From: an uncultured Cytophagia bacterium
GTDB lineage: Bacteria > Zhuqueibacterota > Zhuqueibacteria > Thermofontimicrobiales > Thermofontimicrobiaceae
NCBI GenBank assembly: GCA_964472785.1
Contig: CAYYMH010000011.1
Location: 22,783-86,782 of the forward strand
Reading direction: 5' to 3'
DNA: 64,000 nucleotides
In this document: piece by piece, positions 26,278-36,132 of the stretch
Layout: every line of letters begins with the position of its first letter
Position numbering within the stretch: position 1 is the stretch's first letter
The notes under the pieces: model-generated
The model's input: only the letters and a program-made list of their open reading frames with translations
Database searches by the model: none
What the model was told of the DNA's origin: nothing
Position numbers and translations under genes: made by a program

Positions 26278-27758
26278 CATTTCTTCTCTTTTTCCAAAAT
26301 CAAATCCGCACTCAATTTACCAGATAACATCACCAGCGGCACACCGCCACCGGGATGCGTCGAACCGCCGACAAAATACAACCCCTTTATTTCGCGGCTC
26401 CGGTTCGCCGGTCTGCGGAACGCCGTGGTTTTGTTATTTGAGGCGATGCCGTAAATGCTCCCCCGGTTGCTGCGGTAGTAATCATAAAAATCCTGCGGGG
26501 TGAATACTTTTTCAGTTTCAACTTTATCGGTTACATCTAATCCATTACTTTTCAGTTTATCCAAAACAAAATTCCGCATCCGATTGACAATATCGTCCCA
26601 CTGTTGCCCCTCTGCTAAATATGGCATATTTAAAAGAACGAACCAGTTTTCATGACCTTTCGGTGCGTGAGCTTTGTCGGTCTTGCTGCTGATGGCGATA
26701 TAAATAGTCGGATCGTCTGGTGCCTGTTTCTCTTTGAAAATGCTCTCAAATTCTGGTGCATAATCATTCGGGAAAATAATGTTATGATGCGCTAATTGAT
26801 CATATTCGCCTTTCACGCCCCACAGAAAAACCAGCCCTGACAACGACGGCTCGAACCGATTCAGCTTTTTCCGCTTTTTTTCGAAGCCGTCAATTAATTC
26901 GTTGTAAGCCACCACCACATCCGCGTTTGAGATTACATAATCCGCACTGATCTTTTCGCCGTTTACCTGAACTCCAATCACCTGCTTATTTTGTTGCAGA
27001 ATTCTTTCAACATGTGCGGATGTCGAAATGTTGACGCCATTTTCGCATGCTAATTTCTCAAGCACAGTTACCAGTTGAAACATCCCGCCTTTAATGTAAA
27101 AACTGCCCAGTCCGTACTCGACGTAAGGAATAATATTTAGCGTCGCCGGCGCCTGATACGGATTCGATCCATTGTAGGTGGCGTAGCGATCGAAAAGCTG
27201 AATGATTCTCGGATGTTTGAAAAAACGTGACACACCCTGATGCGCTGTTCTCATCGGATCGATCTGATACGCTCTGAACAGCGTCATAAAATTTTTCCAA
27301 TTGATCACTTTATTCGGTTCATGAATCGCGCTGTAAAGGAAAATATCAGCCGTCAAATCATAAATCCTTTTTCCGTAATTCATGAACGCTTCATACTGCT
27401 CCGCATCTTTCGGGGATAATTTTGCTATTTCCGGCCGCATCCGGTCTGTTTCCGTTGATGTATCCAGCGATGCCCCGTCCTCCCAAAAATAACGGCACAC
27501 CGGATCAATGGGCTCAAATGTTAAATAGTCCTCCCTTTTTTTACCAATAAATTGAAACAAATCATCCACCACAAAGGGCATGGTCAGAAGTGACGGTCCG
27601 GTATCAAATTGAAATCCCTGATCTTCAAAGCGGTTCATCTTCCCGCCCAATCTGTCATTTCGCTCGAACAGCTCAACATCGAAACCGCGATTTGCCAACC
27701 GAACCGCTGCGCTGAGTCCGCCTAATCCGCCGCCAATGACTGCAACTTTTTTACCCAT
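26277..27758 (-). CDS. CrtI-family carotenoid desaturase (second paralog; possibly CrtD-type 3,4-desaturase)
   Basis: The N-terminus reads MGKKVAVIGGGLGGLSAAVRL...ERNDRLGGK (FAD fold). It is 493 aa and is the second CrtI paralog in the operon. Confidence 0.8.
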   Translation of the reverse strand: MGKKVAVIGGGLGGLSAAVRLANRGFDVELFERNDRLGGKMNRFEDQGFQFDTGPSLLTMPFVVDDLFQFIGKKREDYLTFEPIDPVCRYFWEDGASLDTSTETDRMRPEIAKLSPKDAEQYEAFMNYGKRIYDLTADIFLYSAIHEPNKVINWKNFMTLFRAYQIDPMRTAHQGVSRFFKHPRIIQLFDRYATYNGSNPYQAPATLNIIPYVEYGLGSFYIKGGMFQLVTVLEKLACENGVNISTSAHVERILQQNKQVIGVQVNGEKISADYVISNADVVVAYNELIDGFEKKRKKLNRFEPSLSGLVFLWGVKGEYDQLAHHNIIFPNDYAPEFESIFKEKQAPDDPTIYIAISSKTDKAHAPKGHENWFVLLNMPYLAEGQQWDDIVNRMRNFVLDKLKSNGLDVTDKVETEKVFTPQDFYDYYRSNRGSIYGIASNNKTTAFRRPANRSREIKGLYFVGGSTHPGGGVPLVMLSGKLSADLILEKEKK

Positions 27759-28431
27759 TGGATTGCTTCCTCAAATTTTCATAAAAAATCACACACAAAA
27801 GTAAATGTGATATACCGTAAAAAAAATCTTCAATAGGTATCGTGAAAACTCGTAATCCGACTTGGTAACTTTCACCATACAAAACCACCGGACGCGCCGT
27901 CAGATAACCATTGAAAATTAAAATTAACAACAAAACAAGTCCTAAAAATTGATACGTTCGAAACTGTTTGAATATTTTTGTTTTTAAAAAATCGTCCGAT
28001 AATCCGACAACCCCAAACACAAACAATGCCAGACCGGTGTATTCTTTTCCAAAGAAAAACAGCACAATTCCGATCGGAATAAATATCATTAAAATCCGAT
28101 TTAAGTTATTTCCTAATCCTCCGATACTTTTATTCTCAAAATACGCTTTTAATACTTCCCAAATAAATAATGAAGAAAATGGAACCGTGACAAAGAAAAA
28201 CCATTCTTCGATAGGCAGTCCGAGCAAGCGAAAATTCATTGTATAGTTATCATTAAACCACCAATGCCTTCCTGTGACCAGCGCATCCCAAACAATAAAC
28301 AGAATCAACGGAATAGTTAACGCTTTGAAAACACGAAACCACTTGTCAACAAAATACACTTTTTTATCAAAGCTTAAGAGTAAAGGTCCGGTAATCACCA
28401 CAACATTAAAAATCAAATATTCAAATCTCAT
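27751..28431 (-). CDS. lycopene cyclase domain protein (fused CrtYcd-type heterodimeric-cyclase homolog)
   Basis: 226 aa membrane protein. It carries two halves that each have the PxE(E/D) cyclase motif region (LPIEEWFFF, IPIEDFFYG). Confidence 0.75.
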   Translation of the reverse strand: MRFEYLIFNVVVITGPLLLSFDKKVYFVDKWFRVFKALTIPLILFIVWDALVTGRHWWFNDNYTMNFRLLGLPIEEWFFFVTVPFSSLFIWEVLKAYFENKSIGGLGNNLNRILMIFIPIGIVLFFFGKEYTGLALFVFGVVGLSDDFLKTKIFKQFRTYQFLGLVLLLILIFNGYLTARPVVLYGESYQVGLRVFTIPIEDFFYGISHLLLCVIFYENLRKQSNG

Positions 28432-28988
28432 TCACGACTCAAATCATTTTTTATCTCATTCAACAGTTTCGACTCGTTCGATGTCAAATTTACCTTTTGC
28501 TCCATAAATTCAATCACATTAAGAATCAACTCAGGTTTGTAATCCTGAAATTGGTCAGGTAATAATTTAATAATTTTCCGAAAACTCCGCTCCGCATCGT
28601 CTTTCCGATTAAAGAAGAACGGAAGATAATAATTTGTGGATCCGTGGATAAACAACGCTTCGATATCTTCCGGGCTTTTTTCGATGCCTTCATCCATTAT
28701 ATCCAGACCGCGTTTTACCCATTTTAATTTATTATGCGGCATAAAGGAATGCTTCCCTTTGATTGCCATCAACGCTCCAAGGTATGTTCCGGATTTTCCT
28801 TCCAAGTTTTCATTCTTCTCAAGCTCTGAAAAAAGCCTGATTGCCTGATCTAATTTAGCTTCATCTTCTATCGACTGATAAAAATAGATTCGGGCTTGAT
28901 CTAATGTCTTATCAAAGTTTGAACCTGCAATCCCAACTGTAAAGTTAAAAGTAAACACAGATATTAATAATAAGTAATTCGTCTTCAA
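28428..28988 (-). CDS. hypothetical secreted protein (first gene of carotenoid operon)
   Basis: It has a signal peptide. Its start overlaps the cyclase gene start region by 4 nt. No recognisable domain was found. Confidence 0.4.
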   Translation of the reverse strand: MKTNYLLLISVFTFNFTVGIAGSNFDKTLDQARIYFYQSIEDEAKLDQAIRLFSELEKNENLEGKSGTYLGALMAIKGKHSFMPHNKLKWVKRGLDIMDEGIEKSPEDIEALFIHGSTNYYLPFFFNRKDDAERSFRKIIKLLPDQFQDYKPELILNVIEFMEQKVNLTSNESKLLNEIKNDLSRE

Positions 28989-29225
28989 TTTTAATTCTCC
29001 TCGAAACTAATTTTAAATAAATACATCTAAATAGGCGATAAAAGCTTTTTATTTTTAGTTTCTATTAAATCATCATTCTGATAAAAGTTCATATCGCTTA
29101 TATTTTTGAAATTTAGATTCACGACATTAAATTTGGTTTCACAAAAAATTTGAGTTGTTTAATTTTAACTTTTAACTAATTAGCGTTAATTTTTTTAAAA
29201 AGTCAAGGAAAAAAGGATTAAATTA

Positions 29226-30677
29226 ATGAAAAATAATAAAAAAATATTACTGACGGGCGCAACAGGTTACATCGGTGGGCGGCTACTCAGAGTTCTGAAA
29301 GAAGCTGGCTATTCGATTCGTTGTATGGCACGGCGTCCTGAATCATTATCTCATTGGAAAGATGGAAACACAGAAATTGTTTACGGTGATCCGCTTAACA
29401 AAGATTCTCTAAACACAATTTTTGAAGGTGTTGACGTCGCATTTTATTTTATCCATTCACTGGGTTCAAAAGAAAGTTTTATGGAGCCGGATCGGATTGC
29501 AGCAGAAAACTTCAGCAAAGCTGCAAAATCGCAAGGCGTCAAACGTATCGTATATCTTGGAGGTCTCGCCAATCCGGATGAGGAGCTATCTGATCATCTC
29601 AAAAGCCGGCTGGAGGTTGCTGACTACTTAAGAAGTTCTGGAATTCAAGTTATCGAATTTCGGGCTTCCATTATTTTAGGTTCCGGCAGTTTGTCTTTTG
29701 AAATGATTCGCGCTCTGGTGGAACGCCTGCCTGTGATGATCATTCCCAAATGGGTCAGAGTCAAAGCCCAGCCAATAGCTATCGAAGATGTGACAGATTA
29801 TTTGATGGCTGCAATTGATCTTGAGACCGAAGAGAATAAAATTTATGAAATTGGCGGTGCCAATAAAACATCGTACATGGGCATTATGAAGGAGTACGCC
29901 CGCCAGCGCGATTTGAAACGGTTGATGATTCCGGTGCCTGTTTTGACGCCCAAGCTGTCAAGTCTATGGCTCGGTTTAGTGACACCGCTGTATGCGCGAA
30001 TCGGGAGAAAGCTGGTCGACAGCATTAAACATCCCACGGTTGTACGTGATAAATCCGTACTGAAGGATTTTGATATTCAGCCCAAAACAGCAAAAAATGC
30101 GGTGAAAGCAGCTCTATGTAATGAAGAACGGGAGTTTGCCGAGACGAAGTGGTCTGATTCATTAGCTTCAACCGGAAATTCGCCACGTGATTGGGGCGGT
30201 ATTCGTTTTGGCAATCGTATTTTGGACATTCGAGAAAAACATGTTGATGTTTCGCCGGAACAGGCTTTTGCGCCCATCCGAAAGATAGGTGGAGATGTCG
30301 GCTGGTACTACGCCAATTGGCTTTGGAAACTGCGCGGTTTTCTGGATATTTTGGTTGGCGGTGTTGGTTTACGCCGCGGAAGAAGGAATCCGGATTCTGC
30401 TAACATTGGGGATACGATTGATTTTTGGCGGGTGCAAGCTTTTGAACCGGACAAGAAACTCCGTCTATTAGCAGAGATGAAGCTACCGGCGCGCGCATGG
30501 TTAAATTTTGATGTGGAAGCAGGAGAAAACGGTGGTTCAGTAATACGTCAAACTGTGGAATACGATCCGATTGGACTGTGGGGCATTTTATACTGGTATC
30601 TCGTCTATCCGCTGCATCTATTTATTTTCTCCGGTATGATCCGAAATATTGCCAAAGCAGCCGTAGCAAAAGATTAA
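29226..30677 (+). CDS. NAD(P)-binding SDR/epimerase-family protein with C-terminal DUF2867-like domain
   Basis: The Rossmann motif is LLTGATGYIGGRL. It has a YbjT-like architecture with a roughly 150-aa C-terminal extension. Confidence 0.7.
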   Translation: MKNNKKILLTGATGYIGGRLLRVLKEAGYSIRCMARRPESLSHWKDGNTEIVYGDPLNKDSLNTIFEGVDVAFYFIHSLGSKESFMEPDRIAAENFSKAAKSQGVKRIVYLGGLANPDEELSDHLKSRLEVADYLRSSGIQVIEFRASIILGSGSLSFEMIRALVERLPVMIIPKWVRVKAQPIAIEDVTDYLMAAIDLETEENKIYEIGGANKTSYMGIMKEYARQRDLKRLMIPVPVLTPKLSSLWLGLVTPLYARIGRKLVDSIKHPTVVRDKSVLKDFDIQPKTAKNAVKAALCNEEREFAETKWSDSLASTGNSPRDWGGIRFGNRILDIREKHVDVSPEQAFAPIRKIGGDVGWYYANWLWKLRGFLDILVGGVGLRRGRRNPDSANIGDTIDFWRVQAFEPDKKLRLLAEMKLPARAWLNFDVEAGENGGSVIRQTVEYDPIGLWGILYWYLVYPLHLFIFSGMIRNIAKAAVAKD

Positions 30678-31175
30678 TTTTGTATCTAATCAAAATTCTA
30701 AAACAAATAGTAAAAGAGAATGGATCACTTATTGATAAATTTTGAGTGCAGCAACTGTGTTGCTGCATGAAGTAACATAGTTACTTCACTCCAAAAATAA
30801 AATAGTAACTTACACATAGTTAATCAAATAGTAACCATACTAAAAATATTCAATTTAGAGGAAACACGCGAAATAGCGCTAAAACCAAAATTAAAAAATA
30901 GTGTTTAGTGGCTGAACGGAAACTCTTATTTTTGTTATTTTGAGGAGTACCTCGTCAAGCTCGGCATAAACTCCACGACGAAAAATATCATCCTACTAAG
31001 TGGCTGTCTATTTTAAGCTTAGTAGTGTAAGATTCTTCATCCGCCAAAGGCGGATTCAGAATGACATTTTTGTTTCGTTCAATGACTACTTAGTGATTTT
31101 TTGTGTGTTTAGTGGGCTACAGTTAGATAGTTTTTAGTTAATTTTAGATTTAATTTCTATTATTGAGTAACGAAA

Positions 31176-32060
31176 ATGGAAACGAAAATCAAATATTTCA
31201 ATAGTCAAGAAGCGGCGAAAATTCTAAACGTCAACGTTTCAACTATCAAGCGCTGGACAGATGAAGGGGAGCTGAATTGTATCCGAACGGCTGGTGGTCA
31301 CCGCAAGTTTACGATGCAGCATTTGGCAGAACATTTGAGAAAGAATAAAAAGAAAACCAGTAAAGACCATTTCTTTCCGATTGAGGATGAACAAGACATG
31401 GTTGTCAATTCCCATATTTTAAAGGGGAATTATGATTTTTTGATTGACTATGTTTTTGAAGTGGCAAAAAATGCTAATCGTCAAAAAGTGCAACATGTAC
31501 TAAATGGTTTGTATGTCAGGCGATTTCCTTTGCACGAAATTTACGATAAACTACTTACCCCGGTTCTTCATCGCAATGGTGAAGACTGGGAACAAGGAAA
31601 GATTAATATTGTACAGGAACACTTTAGCACGCAAATTATCCGCGATATGATTATCCAATTACAAAGTATCGTTCAAATTTCAAAAGAGAAACATGGGAAA
31701 GCATTTTGCCTGACTCTATCAACAGAAATGCATGACATTGCGATCAAAATGGTTCAACATATTTTGGAATTGAACGGATTTCAGGTGCTTTACAGTGGGC
31801 AAATGACGCCAACCTTGAGGATTGAGCAAATATTCGAACTTCATAAACCGGACTATCTGTTTATCTCCAGTACCATCATTTCCGATTTAAATCTGAATCA
31901 AGCTGAATTTGATAAAATTTGCCACATGAGCGAAAAGTATGGAGCGGATATTTATGTTGGTGGACAGGGATTTGACCAAATTGACCATAATCACATCACT
32001 GTGAAATCCAGATTATTTTCTTTCAAACAATTAGATTCATTGTTCAATGATAGTAAATGA
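31176..32060 (+). CDS. carH: CarH/LitR-type light-dependent transcriptional regulator (MerR HTH + AdoCbl-binding domain)
   Basis: The N-terminal MerR-type HTH is AAKILNVNVSTIKRWTDEGEL. The Wx9EH motif is WEQGKINIVQEH. The B12-binding E/DxHxxG-like motif is EMHDIA. At 294 aa it matches CarH in length. Confidence 0.8.
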   Translation: METKIKYFNSQEAAKILNVNVSTIKRWTDEGELNCIRTAGGHRKFTMQHLAEHLRKNKKKTSKDHFFPIEDEQDMVVNSHILKGNYDFLIDYVFEVAKNANRQKVQHVLNGLYVRRFPLHEIYDKLLTPVLHRNGEDWEQGKINIVQEHFSTQIIRDMIIQLQSIVQISKEKHGKAFCLTLSTEMHDIAIKMVQHILELNGFQVLYSGQMTPTLRIEQIFELHKPDYLFISSTIISDLNLNQAEFDKICHMSEKYGADIYVGGQGFDQIDHNHITVKSRLFSFKQLDSLFNDSK

Positions 32061-32297
32061 TATGACGATTATTCAGATAATTTATGTAATTTATAAATAT
32101 GAGAACCCTTTCCGTTAAAAAACCATCCAAATTACAAACGCTTATAACGCTCAATTTAAAGGAACAATATATTTGGAGGATTCTACCATGCAATTCTTAA
32201 AATCTTTATTTACAGTAATATTTGTAGTTTCAGTGATTTTCTTGTTAATTTTAGTATAAAAAATTATAAAAAGTAACTATATTGGGGAGTTTAAGAG

Positions 32298-34640
32298 ATG
32301 TTAAAGAAAATTTTTGGGTTATTCGGATTTTTAACAATAATATTTATTTCTACTGCATTTACTCAACCAAAAGGTGCGATCAGTGGAACTGTGGTTGATG
32401 CCCGAACAAAAGAACCATTAATTGGAGTGAATGTCGTTGTAGTTGGAACGATCACCGGTGCATCAACAGATTTAAAGGGACAATATGTTATTAAAAATGT
32501 ACCAGTAGGGACTTACCGCTTGCGCTTCGATTATATCGGCTATGAATCCAAATTAAAGACAGATGTCGTCGTTATTTCAGCACGCCCAACAACGGTAAAC
32601 GCTGAATTGAACGAAACTGTGATTGAAGGACAGGAAGTCACCGTAACTGCTGGTTATTTTGTCGAAGAAGAAAAAGTTCAACCCAGTACAATTGGACTGA
32701 CGCGTGAGGAAATTCGTCGCTTTCCGGGCGGTTTTGAAGACGTCGTGAGAACTGTGTCCACTTTACCCGGTGTTGCCATCAACTCCGCCGGCGGGCGAAA
32801 TGATTTACTGGTTCGCGGCGGAGGCCCTTCAGAAAATTTATATACGATTAATAACATCGAAGTCCCAAATATTAATCATTTCGGTTCACAGGGTAACAGC
32901 AGCGGAAGTTTGAGTTTTGTTAATTTGGATTTTGTACAGGATGTCACTTTTTCCACTGGAGGATTTTCCGCTCGCTATGGCGACAAAATGTCGTCTGTCC
33001 TTTCTTTGCAGATGTTGAATAAAATTCCGGAAAGCTTCGAAAGTAAGATCACTATTTCAGCAACACAATACGGACTCGATACTGAAATACCGATTCAGGA
33101 TAAAGGTAACTTTATCTTTTCGGCAAGGAGGAGTTATCTCGACTTAATTTTCAAAGCGGCAGGACTGCCGTTTGTACCGATTTACACTGACTTTAATATT
33201 TTTGCAAATTATGATTTGTCACCTAAAGACAAAATTTTCTTTTTAGGTTTATCTGCCATAAATAATGTTGACAGAGATCAAAGTTCGCTGGAGAACCGTG
33301 TCCGCAATGCCGGACTGCTGGATAACTCACAGTATCAGGGAATATCCGGACTTAACTACCGGCGATTGCTGAATAATGGATATATTGATTTGACGCTTGG
33401 CATGAATCTATTCCGTTATCGTTTCAGCCAACTTGACCAGAATGAAATCGAATACTTCAAAAGCGATGCCGACGAATGGGAAAATAGTGTCAAACTTCAG
33501 CACTATTGGGTGGCGACCAAGACTTTTGGCGTCAGAAGCGGCTTGTCCGCGAAATTTATCCGTAATGATAACACCACCAGTTTTGCGGATACCATTTATG
33601 ACCGCAGTGGAAATCGCGTCCCGGTTTCGGCAATTGGTGTTGATCCCTTTGTCAAGACGAACACACGGGCTCAGAAATATGCCGCTTTTATGGAAGTGGA
33701 TTGGCTGCTGCACCCTTGGTTCAATGTTAATGCTGGATTGAGGGCAGATTATTATGAGTTTTTGAGTGACAAATTATATTTGGCACCACGCCTGTCGGTG
33801 AAATACAAACTCACTGATAAAATTTCGATCCGAACCAGCGGCGGGATCTATTACCAATCTCCCTCGTATGTGTGGGTAGTAAATCCATTCAATGAACAAC
33901 TTAAGGCATTGCAAAATCGGATGGCAGTTGTAGGCTGGGATTATCTTTTTCGCGATGATCTCCGGATGTCTTTGGAAGGCTACTATAAAAAATACAGTGA
34001 TCTACCCAGCGGCATTGTTCCCGGTGTAACGGATTATCTGGTACTGACGAACACAGGTACCGGCTTTGGCGGGAGACAGGATGACTTCCAGTCTTTTGGC
34101 TATTATGATTTAACATCGTCAGCGACTGGTATCGCTTACGGTTCAGAATTATTGGTCCAGAAAAAATTCTCTGAAATTCCGCTTTACGGATTATTCAGCT
34201 TGACATACAGCAAATCCGAAGTTACTGCCAATAACGGAATGACCTATCCGGGTCAATACGATCAGCGGTTTATTTTGAATTTATCCGGAGGCTATATTTT
34301 CAATGACAAGTGGGAAATCGCTGCCAAATTCCGCTATTTTACCGGAGTTCCGTACACTACGCTGTATCGTCCGTCAAAAAATCCGACGAATCCCGGATCG
34401 ATTCAGAATTTGCCAGCGGATTATCTGACGTCCCGAACGCCAGCGGGTCACCATCTGGATGTACGGGTTGATCGTTATTTTAATTTTAGCAGTTACACGC
34501 TGATTGTTTACCTCGATATTCAAAATATTTATGATTACAAAATTCCACAGCGACCGAGTTACGATTTTTGGGCAGACGAAATTAACACCAGTAGTGATAT
34601 TGGAATTCTACCGTCGATTGGGATTAGTTTGGAATTGTGA
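32298..34640 (+). CDS. TonB-dependent outer-membrane receptor with N-terminal carboxypeptidase-regulatory-like domain
   Basis: It has a signal peptide. A CarbopepD_reg-like beta-sandwich (GTVVDARTKEPLIGVNVVVVGT...YRLRFDYIGYE) precedes a plug and a beta-barrel. It ends with a C-terminal aromatic residue pattern. Confidence 0.75.
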   Translation: MLKKIFGLFGFLTIIFISTAFTQPKGAISGTVVDARTKEPLIGVNVVVVGTITGASTDLKGQYVIKNVPVGTYRLRFDYIGYESKLKTDVVVISARPTTVNAELNETVIEGQEVTVTAGYFVEEEKVQPSTIGLTREEIRRFPGGFEDVVRTVSTLPGVAINSAGGRNDLLVRGGGPSENLYTINNIEVPNINHFGSQGNSSGSLSFVNLDFVQDVTFSTGGFSARYGDKMSSVLSLQMLNKIPESFESKITISATQYGLDTEIPIQDKGNFIFSARRSYLDLIFKAAGLPFVPIYTDFNIFANYDLSPKDKIFFLGLSAINNVDRDQSSLENRVRNAGLLDNSQYQGISGLNYRRLLNNGYIDLTLGMNLFRYRFSQLDQNEIEYFKSDADEWENSVKLQHYWVATKTFGVRSGLSAKFIRNDNTTSFADTIYDRSGNRVPVSAIGVDPFVKTNTRAQKYAAFMEVDWLLHPWFNVNAGLRADYYEFLSDKLYLAPRLSVKYKLTDKISIRTSGGIYYQSPSYVWVVNPFNEQLKALQNRMAVVGWDYLFRDDLRMSLEGYYKKYSDLPSGIVPGVTDYLVLTNTGTGFGGRQDDFQSFGYYDLTSSATGIAYGSELLVQKKFSEIPLYGLFSLTYSKSEVTANNGMTYPGQYDQRFILNLSGGYIFNDKWEIAAKFRYFTGVPYTTLYRPSKNPTNPGSIQNLPADYLTSRTPAGHHLDVRVDRYFNFSSYTLIVYLDIQNIYDYKIPQRPSYDFWADEINTSSDIGILPSIGISLEL

Positions 34641-34675
34641 TGTATTAGAAACAATTTAATCTTCCGTTAAAAATT

Positions 34676-34704
34676 CCTTGACAAAGTCAGGATATTTGAT
34701 ATAT
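34676..34704 (+). promoter_or_regulatory. possible sigma70-like promoter (TTGACA-N17-ATATTA) upstream of the Ntn-hydrolase/photolyase operon
   Basis: ttgaca is at 34676-34681, followed by a 17-nt spacer and atatta at 34699-34704. It lies about 190 nt upstream of the ATG at 34894. Confidence 0.25.
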
Positions 34705-34893
34705 TATGAGAAAGACAGCAAGCCAGAGTAGAATAATACACACGTCAAATTCCCTACTCAGTCTTAAATTGTTGCCGTCTTTTGAGTGCCCACTAAACAT
34801 ACTCAATACACAATAATTTTCGTTGAGTTTAAAACATTTCTTTGTGAAGCATAATCCACGAATCATAAATTATCAAGCATAAGGCGGGAATTT

Positions 34894-36120
34894 ATGTTTA
34901 ACAGACGATATTTATTATTAATCCTAATTTTAACAGCACTTTTATTCTCTGTTGAAACTTTCGCTTGCACCACTGCCATTGTATCGGGTAAGTATACGAA
35001 AGACGGGAGACCGTTGCTCTTTAAACATCGCGATACCGGAACACTGCAAAACAAACTCATGTTCTTCAGCGATGGCAAATATGAATATATCGGACTGGTC
35101 AATTCGGATGACGCAGAGGGTGAATCTGTCTGGGCTGGTTTAAACAGCGCTGGTTTTGCCATCATGAATTCTGCATCTTACAATCTAAACCTGAAGGACA
35201 CCACATCGCTGAAGGACCGTGAAGGGATCGTAATGAAAAGAGCGCTCCAAATCTGCGGTACCGTGGATGATTTTGAAACGCTGCTGGACACACTTCCCAA
35301 ACCGTTGGGGGTGGAAGCTAATTTCGGAGTGATTGATGCGAAAGGGAACGCTGCCTATTTTGAGACCGGAAATTTCGACTTCCGAAAATTTGATGTTAAC
35401 GATCGCGGAACAGCGCTCTTTGGCTATATTATCCGCACCAACTATTCCTACAGCCTGGATGCGGATCAGGGATATGGTTACATTCGTTATCAAAATGCGC
35501 AGCAATTGTTCAACATGGCCGCAGCGACAAACAATCTATGTTATGAATTTATTTTGAAAGATGTTTCCCGCTGCCTGAAGAACTCCATGACCAATGTCGA
35601 TTTAAGGAAAAACTTACCGGCAAATGGTCGCGATCCGGTGATGGTTAATTTTCGTGATTTTATTGTCCGTAACAGTTCTGCTTCCACAGTCGTTGTTCAC
35701 AGCGTGAAACCCGGAGAGTCGCCTGAATATGCGACTATGTGGACGATCCTCGGATTCCAATTGTGTACGCCAGCTATGCCGGTTTGGGTAAAAGGCGGCG
35801 ACCAATTGCCAGCACCGCTAATCGCTGATGAAACCGGAACCGCACCTCTGTGCGACCTAGCGCTCAAATTAAAAGAAAAATGTTTGCCGATAACAAGGGG
35901 CTCAGGAAAATATTATCTTAATCATGCTGCTGTCATTAATGAAGAAGGAACAGGTATTCTCCAAAAATTAATACCCATCGAACATGTTATTTTTCAAAAG
36001 GCACATCATGAAATGGAAAAATGGCGCGAGACCGGATTGGAAAAGAAAAACATCCTGAACTTTTATCAATGGCTGGACGATCAAATCTTTGTCGATTATC
36101 AAAATACTTTTGGATTCTAA
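34894..36120 (+). CDS. Ntn-hydrolase, peptidase C69 / choloylglycine-hydrolase-like (N-terminal Cys nucleophile)
   Basis: The signal peptide ends ...ETFA. It is followed by CTTAIVSGKYTKDGRPLLFKHRD, which fits the Cys-Thr-Thr...GK...DG...R-D pattern of C69 and linear-amide hydrolases. Confidence 0.55.
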   Translation: MFNRRYLLLILILTALLFSVETFACTTAIVSGKYTKDGRPLLFKHRDTGTLQNKLMFFSDGKYEYIGLVNSDDAEGESVWAGLNSAGFAIMNSASYNLNLKDTTSLKDREGIVMKRALQICGTVDDFETLLDTLPKPLGVEANFGVIDAKGNAAYFETGNFDFRKFDVNDRGTALFGYIIRTNYSYSLDADQGYGYIRYQNAQQLFNMAAATNNLCYEFILKDVSRCLKNSMTNVDLRKNLPANGRDPVMVNFRDFIVRNSSASTVVVHSVKPGESPEYATMWTILGFQLCTPAMPVWVKGGDQLPAPLIADETGTAPLCDLALKLKEKCLPITRGSGKYYLNHAAVINEEGTGILQKLIPIEHVIFQKAHHEMEKWRETGLEKKNILNFYQWLDDQIFVDYQNTFGF

Positions 36121-36132
36121 AACGAGTAAGCA

